DNA of 64,000 nucleotides from Heterodontus francisci (Eukaryota): the NCBI RefSeq assembly GCF_036365525.1, contig NC_090393.1:54638488-54702487 (forward strand). Reading direction: 5' to 3'. A program made the translations under genes and the position numbers. The notes beneath the pieces are model-generated. The model saw nothing but the letters and a program-made list of their open reading frames with translations, had not been told where the DNA came from and ran no database searches. Shown piece by piece: positions 62,801 to 64,000 of the stretch (within the stretch, counting starts at the first letter, position 1; each line of letters starts with the position of its first letter).

Positions 62801-64000
62801 AACCCGAGAAGGATAGAAAGTGGAAGAGTAAAAGGAAGGCAAGTAGCCGGGCACAAGAAGGAACAGCTGAGAATGCCCCAGCATCACCTTCTCAGGTCAG
62901 AAAGGAACGTGCTGGTGTAGAAGTGAGGTTCACAACTCAAGATGTTATCATTGCAACAACAGGGGTCATCTTCATTCAGAGAGCTGGAAATTGCGAGGTA
63001 AACGCATAGGACTTGTTGGGGTAAGCAAAGTTAGTGCAGAGGAAAGACTCCCTGACTGAGAGTACAGAAGACCAGGCTATAGCTTTAACGACAGCTGTGA
63101 ATGTGAAGCCAGAACTAAAACTAAGAGGATTGTAGAGGTTAAGAATAAAATAGCTGAGAGTTGTAATGATTTTTTGACAAAGGGGGAGTAACTCTGTATC
63201 CTGTAAGTGAGGCAGGAAATCCTCAGGGATACAGGAGCGACCCAAACACTCTTGCTGGAGAAAGATATGAAGTTTTCACCAGACAGCATCTTGAATGCTG
63301 AGGTTTTAGTAAATGCAATTGGCGGGGTGTGTATACCCATACCTTTGCATAGAGAGTGACTTAATAACTGGGATAGTAACAGTAGGTGTTGTTCAGAGTT
63401 TACTAGTAAAGGGAATTGATCGACTCCTAGGAAATGATTTGGCTGGATCAAAAATATCAGTTTTTCCTATAGTTACAGAGGAACCATGTGAAGTTAAGGA
63501 AATGGAGCAATTACAGGAGCACATTCCAGGAATATTTCCTGCGTTACGAGCAATGGCTAAACAGGATCCATTGTTGGAGTTAAAAGGGACACCACAAATA
63601 GATAATCAGGCATCTGAAACCTTATTTGGGGATTTAGATAATCCAAATCAGATGTTTAACAGATTGTCTATCATTGCAGCACAGCAAGCTGATCCAGAGA
63701 TCTACCAAATAGTATAGACAGCTCTGTCAGAAGCCGAGGTGAAAGGAGTTCTGGAAGGCTATTATATGGCAAATTGGGTTTTGTGGAGGAAATGGAGACC
63801 GCCTCACAGACATGCTGACAAAGACTGGACAGTTGTTGAACAGATAATGTACCACCTAATGTACCAATCGCCAAGGATTATTAAGGTTAGCACACGACAT
63901 TCCCTTTTCAGGACATAGGGGAATTCAGAAGAACAAATCATACATAAGCAAACATTATTACTGGCCAGGTCTTACAAAGGTGTCAGACAATTTTGTAGAA
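56893..64000 (+). repeat. Tandem segmental duplication, unit C (partial)
   Basis: Matches the starts of A and B. The window end (ctggccaggtcttacaaaggtgtcagacaatttt) corresponds to ~11990 in A and ~38248 in B. Confidence 0.95.
61895..64000 (+). mobile_element. Unit C copy of the Gmr1-like Gypsy element (5' LTR deleted, runs off the window)
   Basis: Gag, PR and INT remnants homologous to 9885-11990. Confidence 0.87.

Overview
Vertebrate genomic DNA from a cartilaginous fish (shark). The evidence is HE1-type SINEs, CR1 LINEs, Penelope-like elements and a light chain typical of shark type II (lambda). The window covers about 2.25 copies of a head-to-tail segmental repeat of ~28-29 kb: unit A 1-28093, unit B 28094-56892, and unit C from 56893 running off the end. 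Each complete unit ends in an intact, germline-joined Ig lambda light-chain gene: octamer promoter, leader exon, fused V-J exon with no RSS, ~3 kb intron, C exon and polyA signal, encoding 239 aa. The two genes are almost identical in frameworks, CDR1, CDR2, J and C, but differ at 5 of 8 codons in the CDR3 core, all non-synonymous and including two tandem dinucleotide changes. The spacers carry a frameshifted GPIb-beta (GP1BB)-like LRR pseudogene that the ORF track misses, a Harbinger transposase split by a Gmr1-type Gypsy element with a tandem array of tRNA-Pro PBS-like units, Penelope-derived minimal hammerhead ribozyme motifs, and CR1, L2, RTE, SINE and hAT-MITE insertions. Many deletions bounded by microhomology distinguish the units. 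Transposon boundaries are approximate; all alignments were done by eye.
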